From the NCBI GenBank assembly GCA_964552215.1, contig CAZKGD010000006.1:5871-69870 (forward strand): a stretch of 64,000 nt of DNA. Direction: 5' to 3'. Shown here piece after piece: positions 28,965-39,661 of the stretch. A program made the position numbers and the translations under genes. The DNA is from an uncultured Caldimonas sp. GTDB lineage: Bacteria > Pseudomonadota > Gammaproteobacteria > Burkholderiales > Burkholderiaceae_C. The notes beneath the pieces were generated by a model that saw only the letters and a list, made by a program, of their open reading frames with translations, did not search any database and had not been told where the DNA came from. Position 1 is the stretch's first letter; each line of letters begins with the position of its first letter.

Positions 28965-31844
28965 ATGGCCGTCCGCGAATCCGAGGTGACCCTGAAACGC
29001 GTCCTCGTGCTGGCCAATCTGCTCGTGCTGGCCCTGCTGGCAGCCCTGATCACGTTGCAGGCCCGCACCGACCGGGCACAGGCAGTCGAAATGGCCTACC
29101 GGGACGCCGAGAATCTGGCCGATGCGCTGGCCGAACACACGCGCCAGACCCTGGCCGCGCTGGACCTCGGACTGACCTCGGCCATCGCAGCCATGGGGCC
29201 GCAACCCTTGCGAGACAGTGCTCGACTGCATGGAGTGCTGGCCGACCGCCAGGCCACTTCGGCCGGCACCTATGCCTATTTCGTGCTCGACGCGCAAGGC
29301 CGCTTGATGGCGAGTTCGCGCACCCCGCAGCCCGAGCCCGCGGACCTGTCGGACACGTCCGAATTCCGCGTTCATCGTGAACGCCGCGATGCCGGTCTGT
29401 ACCTCGGCACGCCGCGCCTGGGCCGCGTCGGGTTTGCCCAGGGCCAATGGATCGTCAACGTCTCGCGTCGGCTCGAGACCGCGGACGGACAGTTCGCCGG
29501 CGTCGCAGCCGCGGTGGTCTCGCTGGACGATCTGCGCCGCTTCTACGACAAGCTGCGGCTGGGCGAGCAGGGTGCCGTCGGGCTCTTCAGCGCCGAAGGC
29601 GTGCTCATCGCGCGCAGCCCCTGGGTCGAGCGCTTCCTGGGCCAGGACTTCAGCGGCCAAGCCGTGTACCGCGAGCAGTTGGCACGCCAGGACCAGGGGC
29701 GTCTCGCCGGCGCCTACGTGACCGACGGCGTGGAGCGCCTGTCAGCCTTCCGCCGGGTCGACGACTCCGCCGCCACTGTCTACGTGGGCCTGGGCCTCGA
29801 CGAGGTTCTCGCCCCGTGGCGCGAGCGGCTGGTCTTCCAGGTGGCCATCGGCGCCCTGGCGATGTCCGTGTTGTTCGGGGCCTCCCTGCTGGCGCTGAGC
29901 CATGTCGTGCGGCGCGAGCAATGGCAGCGCCAGCGCTCGCAGCGGCTGCGCGACGTTGCCGAAGCCTCGGCCCGGCTGGTGCATGCCCCCACAGTGGAGG
30001 TGCTGCTCCAGCATGCCGGCGACGCGGCGCGCCGTCTGTTCGACGCCTCACTGGCCCGGGTCAGCCTGGCCGCCGGTGAGGGCCCTGGCACCCAGCTCTG
30101 CATCGTGAGCGGCCCGGAGGCCTCCCCCGGACAGGTCGCAGACCCGGAGCCGCACGCCCCCGACCACCCGGCCCGCCTGGCCGTGCCCCTGGTGGGACAG
30201 GACGGCCACCGTCTCGGCCAGATCGAGCTGACCGGCCACCCGAATGGCAAGTTCTCGGCAGACGACCGCAACGAACTGATGCAACTGGCCAGCGTGGCCG
30301 GCGCAGCCTTGGAGTACCTGCTCTCGTCACGCGAGCGCGAGGCCGCCCTGGCGCAGACCCAGGCCGCCCAGTCACGCATCGAGACCATCCTGTCCTCGAT
30401 CTCCGACGCCGTCTATGCGCTCGACCCCGCCTGGCGCTTCGTCTACCTGAACGAGGAGGCGCAGCGGCTGCTGCAGCGCAGCCGCGAGGACCTGCTCGGC
30501 CGCAACGTCTGGGAGGCCTTTCCCGAGGCTCGTGACACCGTGCTGCACACCGAGTACCAGCGTGCCCGCACACACAAGGTGTCGGTGAGCTTCGAGTTCT
30601 ATTACCCCCCGCTGGAGACCTGGTTCTCGGTGCGCGCCTTCCCCCATGAGGAAGGCCTGACCGTGTACTTCCAGGACATCACGCAGCGCGTCGAGACCGA
30701 GGCGCGGCTGCGCCAGGCGCAGAAGATGGACGCCCTGGGCCAGCTCACCGGCGGTGTGGCCCATGACTTCAACAACCTGCTCACCGCCATCCTCGGGGCC
30801 GCCGACGCGCTGGACGAGGAGCTCGCCGCAGGCCCTGACACGGCAGGCCCCCACGTCGCGATGATCCGCCAGGCCGGCGAACGCGCCGCCGCTCTCACCC
30901 ACCGGCTGCTGGCCTTTGCGCGCAAGCAGCCGCTCGATCCGCGCCAGACCCAGATCAACGAGCTGCTGGCCGACTTCGAGCCGCTGCTGCGGCGCACGCT
31001 GGGCGAGCACATCGACATCGAGTTCGTGCGCGGCAGCGGGCTGTGGAAGGCCCTGGTCGATCCCAACGAACTGCAGAACGCCATCCTCAACCTCGCAATC
31101 AATGCCCGCGACGCCATGCCCGGCGGCGGCCGGCTGACCATCGAGACGGCCAACATGTCCGTCGCTCGCGACTATGCCGAGATCCACGGCATCCAGCCGG
31201 GCCAGTACGTGCTGGTGGCCGTCTCCGACACCGGGCCGGGCATGCCGCCGGAGGTCGTTGCGCGGGCCTTCGACCCCTTCTTCACCACCAAGCCGGCCGG
31301 CCAGGGCTCGGGCCTGGGGTTGTCGATGGTCTATGGCTTTGCCCGCCAGTCGGGCGGGCATGTGAAGATCTACAGCGAGCCCGGCCACGGCACCACGGTC
31401 AAGCTCTACCTGCCGCGCGCCGATGCCGCCACCGAGGCCGACTACCGGCGCGTCGAACGCGCCCCGCTGGCCCCGGGCCACGAGCACGTGCTGCTCGTGG
31501 AAGACGACGACCTGGTGCGCCTGGTGGCCGTCGCCAGCCTGGAAAAGCTCGGCTACCGAGCCACCGTGTGCAACGACGGCCGCGAAGCGATCGAGCAACT
31601 GCGGCACGGTCCGCATTTCGACCTGCTGCTCACCGATGTCGTGCTGGCCGGTGGTATCTCGGGCAAGGAGGTGGCCGCCGTCGCCGCGCAGTTGCGCCCC
31701 GGCCTGAAGGTGCTGTACATGTCGGGCTACACCGAGAACGCCATCGTGCACCATGGCCGGCTCGACCGCGGCGTGCACCTGCTGAGCAAGCCCTTCCGCA
31801 TCGACGAACTCGGCCGCAAGCTGCGCGAGGTGCTCGACGGCTGA
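28965..31844 (+). CDS. Hybrid sensor histidine kinase (TM-dCache-TM-GAF-like-PAS-HisKA-HATPase-REC)
   Basis: GQLTGGVAHDFNNLL H-box, NARDAM, FDPFFTTK, GSGLGL and C-terminal receiver. Start reassigned to ATG 28965. Confidence 0.92.
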   Translation: MAVRESEVTLKRVLVLANLLVLALLAALITLQARTDRAQAVEMAYRDAENLADALAEHTRQTLAALDLGLTSAIAAMGPQPLRDSARLHGVLADRQATSAGTYAYFVLDAQGRLMASSRTPQPEPADLSDTSEFRVHRERRDAGLYLGTPRLGRVGFAQGQWIVNVSRRLETADGQFAGVAAAVVSLDDLRRFYDKLRLGEQGAVGLFSAEGVLIARSPWVERFLGQDFSGQAVYREQLARQDQGRLAGAYVTDGVERLSAFRRVDDSAATVYVGLGLDEVLAPWRERLVFQVAIGALAMSVLFGASLLALSHVVRREQWQRQRSQRLRDVAEASARLVHAPTVEVLLQHAGDAARRLFDASLARVSLAAGEGPGTQLCIVSGPEASPGQVADPEPHAPDHPARLAVPLVGQDGHRLGQIELTGHPNGKFSADDRNELMQLASVAGAALEYLLSSREREAALAQTQAAQSRIETILSSISDAVYALDPAWRFVYLNEEAQRLLQRSREDLLGRNVWEAFPEARDTVLHTEYQRARTHKVSVSFEFYYPPLETWFSVRAFPHEEGLTVYFQDITQRVETEARLRQAQKMDALGQLTGGVAHDFNNLLTAILGAADALDEELAAGPDTAGPHVAMIRQAGERAAALTHRLLAFARKQPLDPRQTQINELLADFEPLLRRTLGEHIDIEFVRGSGLWKALVDPNELQNAILNLAINARDAMPGGGRLTIETANMSVARDYAEIHGIQPGQYVLVAVSDTGPGMPPEVVARAFDPFFTTKPAGQGSGLGLSMVYGFARQSGGHVKIYSEPGHGTTVKLYLPRADAATEADYRRVERAPLAPGHEHVLLVEDDDLVRLVAVASLEKLGYRATVCNDGREAIEQLRHGPHFDLLLTDVVLAGGISGKEVAAVAAQLRPGLKVLYMSGYTENAIVHHGRLDRGVHLLSKPFRIDELGRKLREVLDG

Positions 31845-31853
31845 CCTCCCCGC

Positions 31854-33134
31854 TCAGTGCCGGTCGCTGCGCGCGATCTCCAGCAGGTGCTCGACCTCCT
31901 CGGCATGGTGACGCAGGTTGTGGGCATGCCAGCGCCCGATCAGCCACATCGTGCCGGCCACCACCACGCCGAAGGCCGTGATCGCGCCAAAGGCCGACAG
32001 GCCCACCTTGGTCATCACGGTGTAGAAGGCCCCCAGGCCCAGGATGCAGGCCTGCTCGTTGAAGTTCTGCACGGCGATCGAGCGGCCTGCGCCCATCAGG
32101 TTGTGGCCGCGGTGCTGCAACAGTGCATTCATCGGCACCACCAGGAAGCCGCCCAACCCCCCCAGCAGGATGAGGAAGGGAGCGGCCATCCAGACGTTGT
32201 CGATGAAGTTCATGCCAATGACCAGCACCCCCATCGCGATGCCCAGGGGGATCACCCGCGTGGCCAGGTCCAGGCGCATGTAGACCGAAGCCACCACCGC
32301 CCCCACCGCGGTACCCACGGCCACCACCCCCACCAGTGACGAGGCCTGGGTCGTGGTGTAGCCCAGCGCCGCCGCCGCCCAGGCCAGCACGATGTAGCGC
32401 AGGTTGCCCGAGACCCCCCAGAACAGCGTGGTGGTGGACAGCGAGATCTGGCCCAGCCGGTCGCGCCACAGCCGCCGGTTGCAGGTGCGGAAGTCGCGCA
32501 CCATCTCCATCGGCGAGGCCGGCAGCGGCTGCAGCGTCGCGCTCGTGCGCGGGATGAAGAGGTTGAAGATGGCCGCCACTGCATACAGCCAGACGATGGC
32601 GGCGATGGCCGCCTCCGGAGCCGTGGTGATCCCGGTGTCCAGCCCTGGCAGCACGTCGGTGGACAACAGCCAGGGTCCCAGCACCGGCCCGACCAGTTGG
32701 CCGCCCAGCAGCACCCCCAGGATGATGGAGGCGATGGTCAGTCCCTCGATCCAGCCATTGGCCTTGACCAGCTGAGAGGGCGGCAGCAGCTCGGTGAGGA
32801 TGCCGTACTTGGCCGGCGAGTAGGCCGCGGCACCCAGCCCGACGATCGCATACGCCATGAGCGGATGGGTGCCAAACAGCATCATCAGACAGCCCACCAC
32901 CTTGATGCTGTTCGAGACGAACATCACCTTGCCCTTGGGCAGGAAGTCGGCAAACGCGCCCACGAACGGCGCCAGCACCACGTAGAACAGGGCGAACATC
33001 GGCACCAGGGCGGCGCGCTGCCATTCATCGGTGCCGGACAGGATGAGCAGTTCCACCGCCGCGACGAACAAGGCGTTGTCGGCCAGCGAGCTGAAAAACT
33101 GCGCCGACATGATGGTGTAGAAGCCTTTTTTCAT
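31854..33134 (-). CDS. lplT: Lysophospholipid transporter LplT (MFS)
   Basis: MKKGFYTIMSAQFFSSLADNAL and YSPAKYGILTE motifs; divergent from alr. Confidence 0.9.
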   Translation of the reverse strand: MKKGFYTIMSAQFFSSLADNALFVAAVELLILSGTDEWQRAALVPMFALFYVVLAPFVGAFADFLPKGKVMFVSNSIKVVGCLMMLFGTHPLMAYAIVGLGAAAYSPAKYGILTELLPPSQLVKANGWIEGLTIASIILGVLLGGQLVGPVLGPWLLSTDVLPGLDTGITTAPEAAIAAIVWLYAVAAIFNLFIPRTSATLQPLPASPMEMVRDFRTCNRRLWRDRLGQISLSTTTLFWGVSGNLRYIVLAWAAAALGYTTTQASSLVGVVAVGTAVGAVVASVYMRLDLATRVIPLGIAMGVLVIGMNFIDNVWMAAPFLILLGGLGGFLVVPMNALLQHRGHNLMGAGRSIAVQNFNEQACILGLGAFYTVMTKVGLSAFGAITAFGVVVAGTMWLIGRWHAHNLRHHAEEVEHLLEIARSDRH

Positions 33135-33381
33135 TCGCTGAGGGCTCGCTGCACGCCGGCTTCCGGGCTGCGTGACATCCTTGTCTCCAGGGGGAAGGCC
33201 CCAGACTCCGGATATCGGCGGAGCCGGGCCGGGTCTGAAGCGCTCGGGTTTATAGCATGCGGCCCAGCCCCTTTGGCGGCGGGTTCCACCGAACAACCCT
33301 CACCTGAAGGCCCGCCGTCCCGCAGCGGATGCGGCGGCCGCGCTGGCAGAATCGAAGCGTTCGAGTTCTCCTTGTGCGGCC

Positions 33382-34512
33382 ATGCCCCGTCCCATCCAAG
33401 CCCTCATTCACCCCGATGCCCTGGCCCGCAACCTGCAGCGGGCCCGTGGCAGTGCCCAGGACGCCAAGGTCTGGGCCGTGGTCAAGGCCAATGCCTACGG
33501 CCACGGCATCGAACGCGCCTATGCCGGGCTGCAAGGCGCTGACGGCTTCGCGCTGCTCGACATCGCCGAGGCCGAGCGGGTGCGCGCCCTGGGCTGGCGC
33601 GGCCCCATCCTGCTGCTCGAGGGGTGCTTCGAGGCCCGCGACCTGGAAGCCTGTTCGCGGCTGAACCTGTGGCATGTGGTGCACACCGAACAGCAGATCG
33701 ACTGGCTGGCCACGCACAAGACCACCTGGCCGCACCGCGTCTTCCTGAAGTTCAACTCCGGCATGAACCGCCTGGGCTTCCGGCGCGATGCCTTCCGCAC
33801 CGCCTGGATGCGCCTGAGCGGCCTCACACAGGTGGACGAGATCTCGCTGATGACCCACTTCGCCGACGCCGACAGCGACCGCGGCATCGCCCACCAGCTG
33901 GCCGCCTTCGAGGAGGCCACCGACGGTCTGCCCGGCGAACGGTCGCTGAGCAACAGCGCCGCCACCCTGCGCCATGCCGGCGACCACCCCGAAGTGCGCG
34001 CCGACTGGGTGCGCCCCGGCATCATGGTGTACGGCTCGGCGCCCGACTTCCCGGCCCACTCCCCGCGCCACTGGGGCCTGCTGCCCGGCATGACGCTGCG
34101 CTCCGAGCTCATTGCCACCCAATCGCTGGAAGCCGGCGACACCGTCGGCTACGGCAGCACCTTCACCGCCCCGCACGCCATGCGCATCGGCGTGGTGGCC
34201 TGCGGCTACGCCGACGGCTACCCCCGGCACTGCGGCACCGGCACCCCGGTGCTGGTGGACGGCGTGCCCACCCGGCTCGTGGGCCGCGTGTCCATGGACA
34301 TGATCACAGTGGATCTCACCCCGGTCGAACAGGCCGGTCGGAACGCCGGCATCGGCGCCGACGTCACGCTCTGGGGGCAGGGTCCGCACGGCAGCCTCCT
34401 GCCCATCGACGACGTGGCGATGGCCGCCAACACCGTGGCCTACGAACTGATGTGCGCGCTGGCCCCCCGCGTGCCGGTGGCTGTGCGGGACCTGTGGCCC
34501 GAGGCAGGCTGA
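33382..34512 (+). CDS. alr: Alanine racemase
   Basis: [24 protein letters not shown] and GRVSMDM motifs. Confidence 0.95.
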   Translation: MPRPIQALIHPDALARNLQRARGSAQDAKVWAVVKANAYGHGIERAYAGLQGADGFALLDIAEAERVRALGWRGPILLLEGCFEARDLEACSRLNLWHVVHTEQQIDWLATHKTTWPHRVFLKFNSGMNRLGFRRDAFRTAWMRLSGLTQVDEISLMTHFADADSDRGIAHQLAAFEEATDGLPGERSLSNSAATLRHAGDHPEVRADWVRPGIMVYGSAPDFPAHSPRHWGLLPGMTLRSELIATQSLEAGDTVGYGSTFTAPHAMRIGVVACGYADGYPRHCGTGTPVLVDGVPTRLVGRVSMDMITVDLTPVEQAGRNAGIGADVTLWGQGPHGSLLPIDDVAMAANTVAYELMCALAPRVPVAVRDLWPEAG

Positions 34513-34518
34513 CCGGCG

Positions 34519-34866
34519 CTAGGCGCCCCCCTGCAGCCACAGCATCAGCGCATACACCCCCGTCCCCAGCAGCGTGGGCGCTGCCAGCCCGCCGCGCAGG
34601 CGCTGGAGGAGGATGACGGCGGCCAGGGCCACGGCCGTGGGCAGGGTGCGGGTAGGGCCGGCGGCCGGCCACAGCAGGGGAAAGAGCGAGGCCACCAGCA
34701 AGGCCGCGATGGCAGCCGGACCGATGGCGGAGGACCAGCGGCGAATGAACTGGGAGCGCTGCGCGCTGTGCCGCAGTCCCCACCAGAAGGGCAAGGCGCG
34801 CAGCAGGAAGGTGCCCAGCCCGCAGGCCAGCACGGTCAGCAGCAGCGTCCAGCCCGCCTCACCCAT
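34519..34866 (-). CDS. azlD: AzlD-family small exporter subunit
   Basis: 115-aa hydrophobic protein with GTFLLRALP; overlaps the end of azlC. Confidence 0.75.
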   Translation of the reverse strand: MGEAGWTLLLTVLACGLGTFLLRALPFWWGLRHSAQRSQFIRRWSSAIGPAAIAALLVASLFPLLWPAAGPTRTLPTAVALAAVILLQRLRGGLAAPTLLGTGVYALMLWLQGGA

Positions 34867-35554
34867 GGTCGTCCCCCGCCTGCAGCAGCTGGAAGGCCGC
34901 ACCGGCCAACATGCCCGCGGGAATGGCCACGTGGGCCGGCCCCAGCGCCAGCCCCAGCAGCGTGACCCCCGCCGCCCCCCACAGGGCCGCGGCGCGGCCG
35001 CGCACCCCCATCTGCAGCAGCAGCGACAGGAAAAGCGCCGGCAGCACGAACTGCAGCGCCTCGCGCAGCAGCGGGACCCGGTCGACCAGTTGCGCGCCCG
35101 TCTCGGCCCCCAGCCATGTCCCGGCGATCCAAGCGCCATAGGCCCCGGCCTGCAGGCCGGCCAGCCAGCCCGCGCGCTGTTCCGGGGCCAGGGCGGGCAA
35201 ACGCGCGGCCGCACAGGCGAAGACTTCGTCGGTCAGGCCAAAGGCCAGCGTGGAGGGCACCCGGGCTGGCCGGGCCTGCGCCAGCTGCTCGGCCACCACG
35301 CGGCCGTAGAGCAGATGGCGGGCATTGAGCAGCCAGATGGTAGGCACCACCGCCAGCGGCCCGCCCCCCGCGGCCACCAGGGACACCAGCACGAACTGGC
35401 TCGCTCCGGCAAACACGATGGCCGAGATGGCCACCGCCCATTCGGCCCCCAGGCCCATCTGCACGGCCGCCAGGCCAAAGGAGAAGGCCACGGGCACATA
35501 GCCTGCCGCGATGGCGAGGCTGTCGCTCAGGCCGCGCCATACGAGGGAGGTCAT
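34859..35554 (-). CDS. azlC: AzlC-family amino-acid exporter
   Basis: FAGASQF, LNARHLLYG, FGLTDEVFA and LPALF motifs. Confidence 0.9.
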   Translation of the reverse strand: MTSLVWRGLSDSLAIAAGYVPVAFSFGLAAVQMGLGAEWAVAISAIVFAGASQFVLVSLVAAGGGPLAVVPTIWLLNARHLLYGRVVAEQLAQARPARVPSTLAFGLTDEVFACAAARLPALAPEQRAGWLAGLQAGAYGAWIAGTWLGAETGAQLVDRVPLLREALQFVLPALFLSLLLQMGVRGRAAALWGAAGVTLLGLALGPAHVAIPAGMLAGAAFQLLQAGDDHG

Positions 35555-37554
35555 GGGCCGCCCGGTTTGCTGAAGGTGAAGACGTGGGTGCCTCCCCCCC
35601 AGTCGTCGCTGCCGGTGGTGGCAAACACCCGGCGGTGGCGGCGCAGCTCCAGGCCAGCCAGCGCGGCCAGCCCGGCAAAACGCCGGGGGAAGGTCTTGCG
35701 CTCGACCTCGTAGTCGAAGCCGGCCACCATGGCCTGCAGCTCCAGCCAGTAGAAGCGCACGAAGGCCCCGATCTCATGCACCGGGCGCTCGCGCACGCCC
35801 GACTCGCACAGGCGCGCATACAGGTTGCGGCACAGGCTCACCGCCTGGGTGGACTTGCCCTCGGTGGCGGCCACCATCGCCATGGTGATGGAGCGGCGGA
35901 AATCGCGGTAGAGCCTGAGGTCCAGCCCGCCCTCGGACGCCGGCGGTTCACCCACCCAGGCCATGCTGGCCAGCAGGTAGGCGCTGTGGTGGCGCACCAG
36001 CGCGAGGTTGCGTTCGTCCACACTGGCGAACTCGGGCAGGAACTCATCGGACACCACGAGCAGACCGCCGGGCTGCAGCAGCTGCATCGCCTTTTGCAGC
36101 ATGAAGGCGGTGTTGAAGTGGTGCGAGGCGCCGAAGGACGTGATCAGCGGCGTGGCGCTGCCTGGCAGGTCGAGTTCGAGGAAGCCCCCGTGGTGCAGCT
36201 CGATGCCGTCAACCGCTTGCGCATTGCGCTGCAGGCAGGCAAAGGCCTCCTCGTCGGGCTCCACGGCCAGGAAGCGGCAGTCGGGGTGCAACTCGCGCAG
36301 CATGAGCAGCGGCAAGCCCGGCCCGGTGCCCACATCGATAGCCTGCAGCGCGGGCTGCGGCCCGGCAAAGCTGGCGATGTCCTGGGCAGCGGCCACCACC
36401 TGTCGCGCATAGGCCGGGTGAAGCAGCTCGAAGGCGTCGTATTGCTCGACGTCGATCCGGCTGGAGAACGGCCCGTCTCGGCCGCTGCGCCGCGGCGCAG
36501 CCGGGGCCGGCCGCACGTGGTGCAGTTGCCGCGGCATGCGCAGGCGGCCGCGCTGCAGCAGCACCTCGGCCGCCAGGCCGTTGAGCACCCAGCTCGGCCC
36601 GTCCAGGTGCGCCTCGATGGTGGTCATCTCGGAGGCGCCCAGCTCGATGAAAGGCGATTCGGCCAACCCCGCCAGGCGGGTGGCCGCCGCGGGCAGGGCC
36701 GCCTCGGTCCAGTCGGCGGGCGCCTGGCCTGGCTGCAGGAAAGCCCCGGGCAGCGGCATGGGCACCACGCCAACATACGGTCCCTGCGCATCGTCCTCCA
36801 CCACCGACAGCACGGGCCAGCGCCAGGGGCCGGCCGTGGCTTCGTGCAGCATCTGGCGCAGCGTCACCAGCCCGTCACGCCCGTTGAGCGGCTCGCCGCG
36901 CAGGCGCAGGATGCGGGCGCCCAGGCCGTTGGACACCTCCAGCAGGGCGCGCTCCATCACGCTGCGCACGCCCTCCCAGGCGCCCGGGGCCTGGGGCCAT
37001 TCGAGGTAGAGCGTGGAGGCGCTCGCCGAATAGGTCTTGGGCGGGTATTCGATCACCACCATGGCCCGCCCACCCTGTTCGGTGGCCGCGTACACATGCG
37101 GCACATGGGCGTCGAAAGCGTGGGTGTCGCCGGCGCGCACCATGCGCGGCCGGTCGGCCTGCCCCACCAGCATCGCGCCCGACAACACGGTGATGCGCTC
37201 CTTCACCCCCTCCGGATGCGGGGCGGAGTCCTTGCGGCAGCCCGGCAGGAGTTCGATCAGGTAAACCTCGATCTCGGGATCGTCGGTCGATTTTTCGATC
37301 AATCGAACGATCACGCCTTTTCCGGAAAGCTCTCCGCCGTCGCTCAGTTCCTCGTTGACCAGGTGGCCAAAGGGCACGCCCAGGGCATTGGCCACCGCCC
37401 ACAGGGTTTCGATCGTGGGGTTGCCTTCCCCGTTTTCCAGCTGGGACAGGGTCGACTTCGCCACCCCACTGCGTTCCGACAGGCCCGCCAGGGTGAGCCC
37501 GCGCTGGTCCCGGAAACGCAGCAGGTTCCTGCCGATGGCTGAGACAGTGCTCAC
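35551..37554 (-). CDS. XRE HTH-cupin regulator fused to an unknown domain and a class I SAM-dependent methyltransferase
   Basis: KSTLSQLENGEGNPTIETL HTH, PHPEGVKE...FDAHVPHVY cupin, IDVGTGPG, AVEPD, GASHHF and LQPGGLLVVSDEF. GTG start with GGAGGAG SD. Confidence 0.85.
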   Translation of the reverse strand: MSTVSAIGRNLLRFRDQRGLTLAGLSERSGVAKSTLSQLENGEGNPTIETLWAVANALGVPFGHLVNEELSDGGELSGKGVIVRLIEKSTDDPEIEVYLIELLPGCRKDSAPHPEGVKERITVLSGAMLVGQADRPRMVRAGDTHAFDAHVPHVYAATEQGGRAMVVIEYPPKTYSASASTLYLEWPQAPGAWEGVRSVMERALLEVSNGLGARILRLRGEPLNGRDGLVTLRQMLHEATAGPWRWPVLSVVEDDAQGPYVGVVPMPLPGAFLQPGQAPADWTEAALPAAATRLAGLAESPFIELGASEMTTIEAHLDGPSWVLNGLAAEVLLQRGRLRMPRQLHHVRPAPAAPRRSGRDGPFSSRIDVEQYDAFELLHPAYARQVVAAAQDIASFAGPQPALQAIDVGTGPGLPLLMLRELHPDCRFLAVEPDEEAFACLQRNAQAVDGIELHHGGFLELDLPGSATPLITSFGASHHFNTAFMLQKAMQLLQPGGLLVVSDEFLPEFASVDERNLALVRHHSAYLLASMAWVGEPPASEGGLDLRLYRDFRRSITMAMVAATEGKSTQAVSLCRNLYARLCESGVRERPVHEIGAFVRFYWLELQAMVAGFDYEVERKTFPRRFAGLAALAGLELRRHRRVFATTGSDDWGGGTHVFTFSKPGGP

Positions 37555-37583
37555 GGACTCCTCCCTGAGAGATGTTGGTATGC

Positions 37584-37599
37584 GTTCATTATAACGAAC
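37584..37599. promoter_or_regulatory. Near-palindromic operator candidate overlapping a TATAAT -10 of the XRE-fusion gene
   Basis: GTTCATTATAACGAAC. The minus strand reads GTTCGTTATAATGAAC, which contains TATAAT about 35 nt upstream of the start codon. Confidence 0.65.
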
Positions 37600-37677
37600 T
37601 CCTGATTCGTTTCATCGGTCTGCGCCGGAGCAGGCTTTCATGGCACGATGACGCCCCACGCCGGGAGGTCCGCTCAC

Positions 37678-38739
<1,062 letters not shown>

Positions 38740-38748
38740 CGCGACCGC

Positions 38749-39228
38749 ATGGACCTGCCCAGCCACCAACTCTCGATGACCGTGCTGATGACGCCGGACA
38801 TGGCCAACTTCTCCGGCAATGTCCACGGTGGCACCATCCTCAAGCTGCTCGACCAGGTGGCCTATGCCTGCGCGAGCCGCTATGCCGGACGCTATGTGGT
38901 CACGCTCTCGGTGGACCAGGTGATGTTCCGCCAGCCCATCCACGTGGGTGAGCTGGTCACCTTCCTGGCCTCGGTGAACCACACGGGGAACTCCTCGATG
39001 GAAATCGGCATCAAGGTGGTGGCGGAGAACATCCGCACCCAGGTCGTGCGCCACGCCAACAGCTGCTTCTTCACCATGGTGGCCGTCGACGACGAAGGCA
39101 AGCCCACGGCCGTGCCGCCGCTGCGGCCCTTCTCGGCCGATGAGAAGCGCCGTTTCGAGGCAGCCCGCGTGCGCAAGCAGCTGCGCCAGGAGCTGGAGCA
39201 GCGCTACCTGGGCATCAAGAACGCCTGA
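38749..39228 (+). CDS. Acyl-CoA thioesterase (hotdog fold, YciA-like)
   Basis: ANFSGNVHGG and TMVAVDDEGKP motifs. Confidence 0.9.
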   Translation: MDLPSHQLSMTVLMTPDMANFSGNVHGGTILKLLDQVAYACASRYAGRYVVTLSVDQVMFRQPIHVGELVTFLASVNHTGNSSMEIGIKVVAENIRTQVVRHANSCFFTMVAVDDEGKPTAVPPLRPFSADEKRRFEAARVRKQLRQELEQRYLGIKNA

Positions 39229-39240
39229 CAGGAGCTCGCG

Positions 39241-39624
39241 ATGGCATTTCCCTGGCTCGTTGCCTTCAAGATCATCCCCTGGAAGGATGTCATCGAGGCC
39301 ACCCCCGCCGTCGTGCGCGGGGCCAAGCAGCTGTGGAACAAGGTGCGCCAGGACGAGACGGCGCAGGAGGCCGCGCAGGCCGCTGCCCAGGGATCGGTGG
39401 GGCTGGACGCCAGCTCGCCCGAGGCCCGCATCGCCCAGCTGGAAAAGCGCGTGGCCGAGATGGGCCGGGAGGCCGTGGCCTCCAGCGAGCTCATCCAGGC
39501 CCTGGCGGAGCACAACGAACGCCTGGTGGCGGCCGTGGACACCCTGCGCGTGCGCACCCGGGTGCTGATGTGGGTGAGCGCCTTGCTGGCCGGCGGCGTG
39601 CTGGCGCTGTTGTTCCTGCGCTGA
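39241..39624 (+). CDS. Hypothetical coiled-coil protein with C-terminal membrane anchor
   Basis: AGGAG SD; IPWKDVI N-terminus, heptad-like middle, hydrophobic tail. Confidence 0.75.
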   Translation: MAFPWLVAFKIIPWKDVIEATPAVVRGAKQLWNKVRQDETAQEAAQAAAQGSVGLDASSPEARIAQLEKRVAEMGREAVASSELIQALAEHNERLVAAVDTLRVRTRVLMWVSALLAGGVLALLFLR

Positions 39625-39661
39625 GGGGTTGCACCGAGGCCGCGGGGCACAATCGCCCCTC

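Noticed and set aside
33135..33381. Riboswitch in the lplT-alr intergenic region
   Set aside because: GC-rich stems are present but I recognise no aptamer consensus. An Rfam/Infernal scan would be needed.
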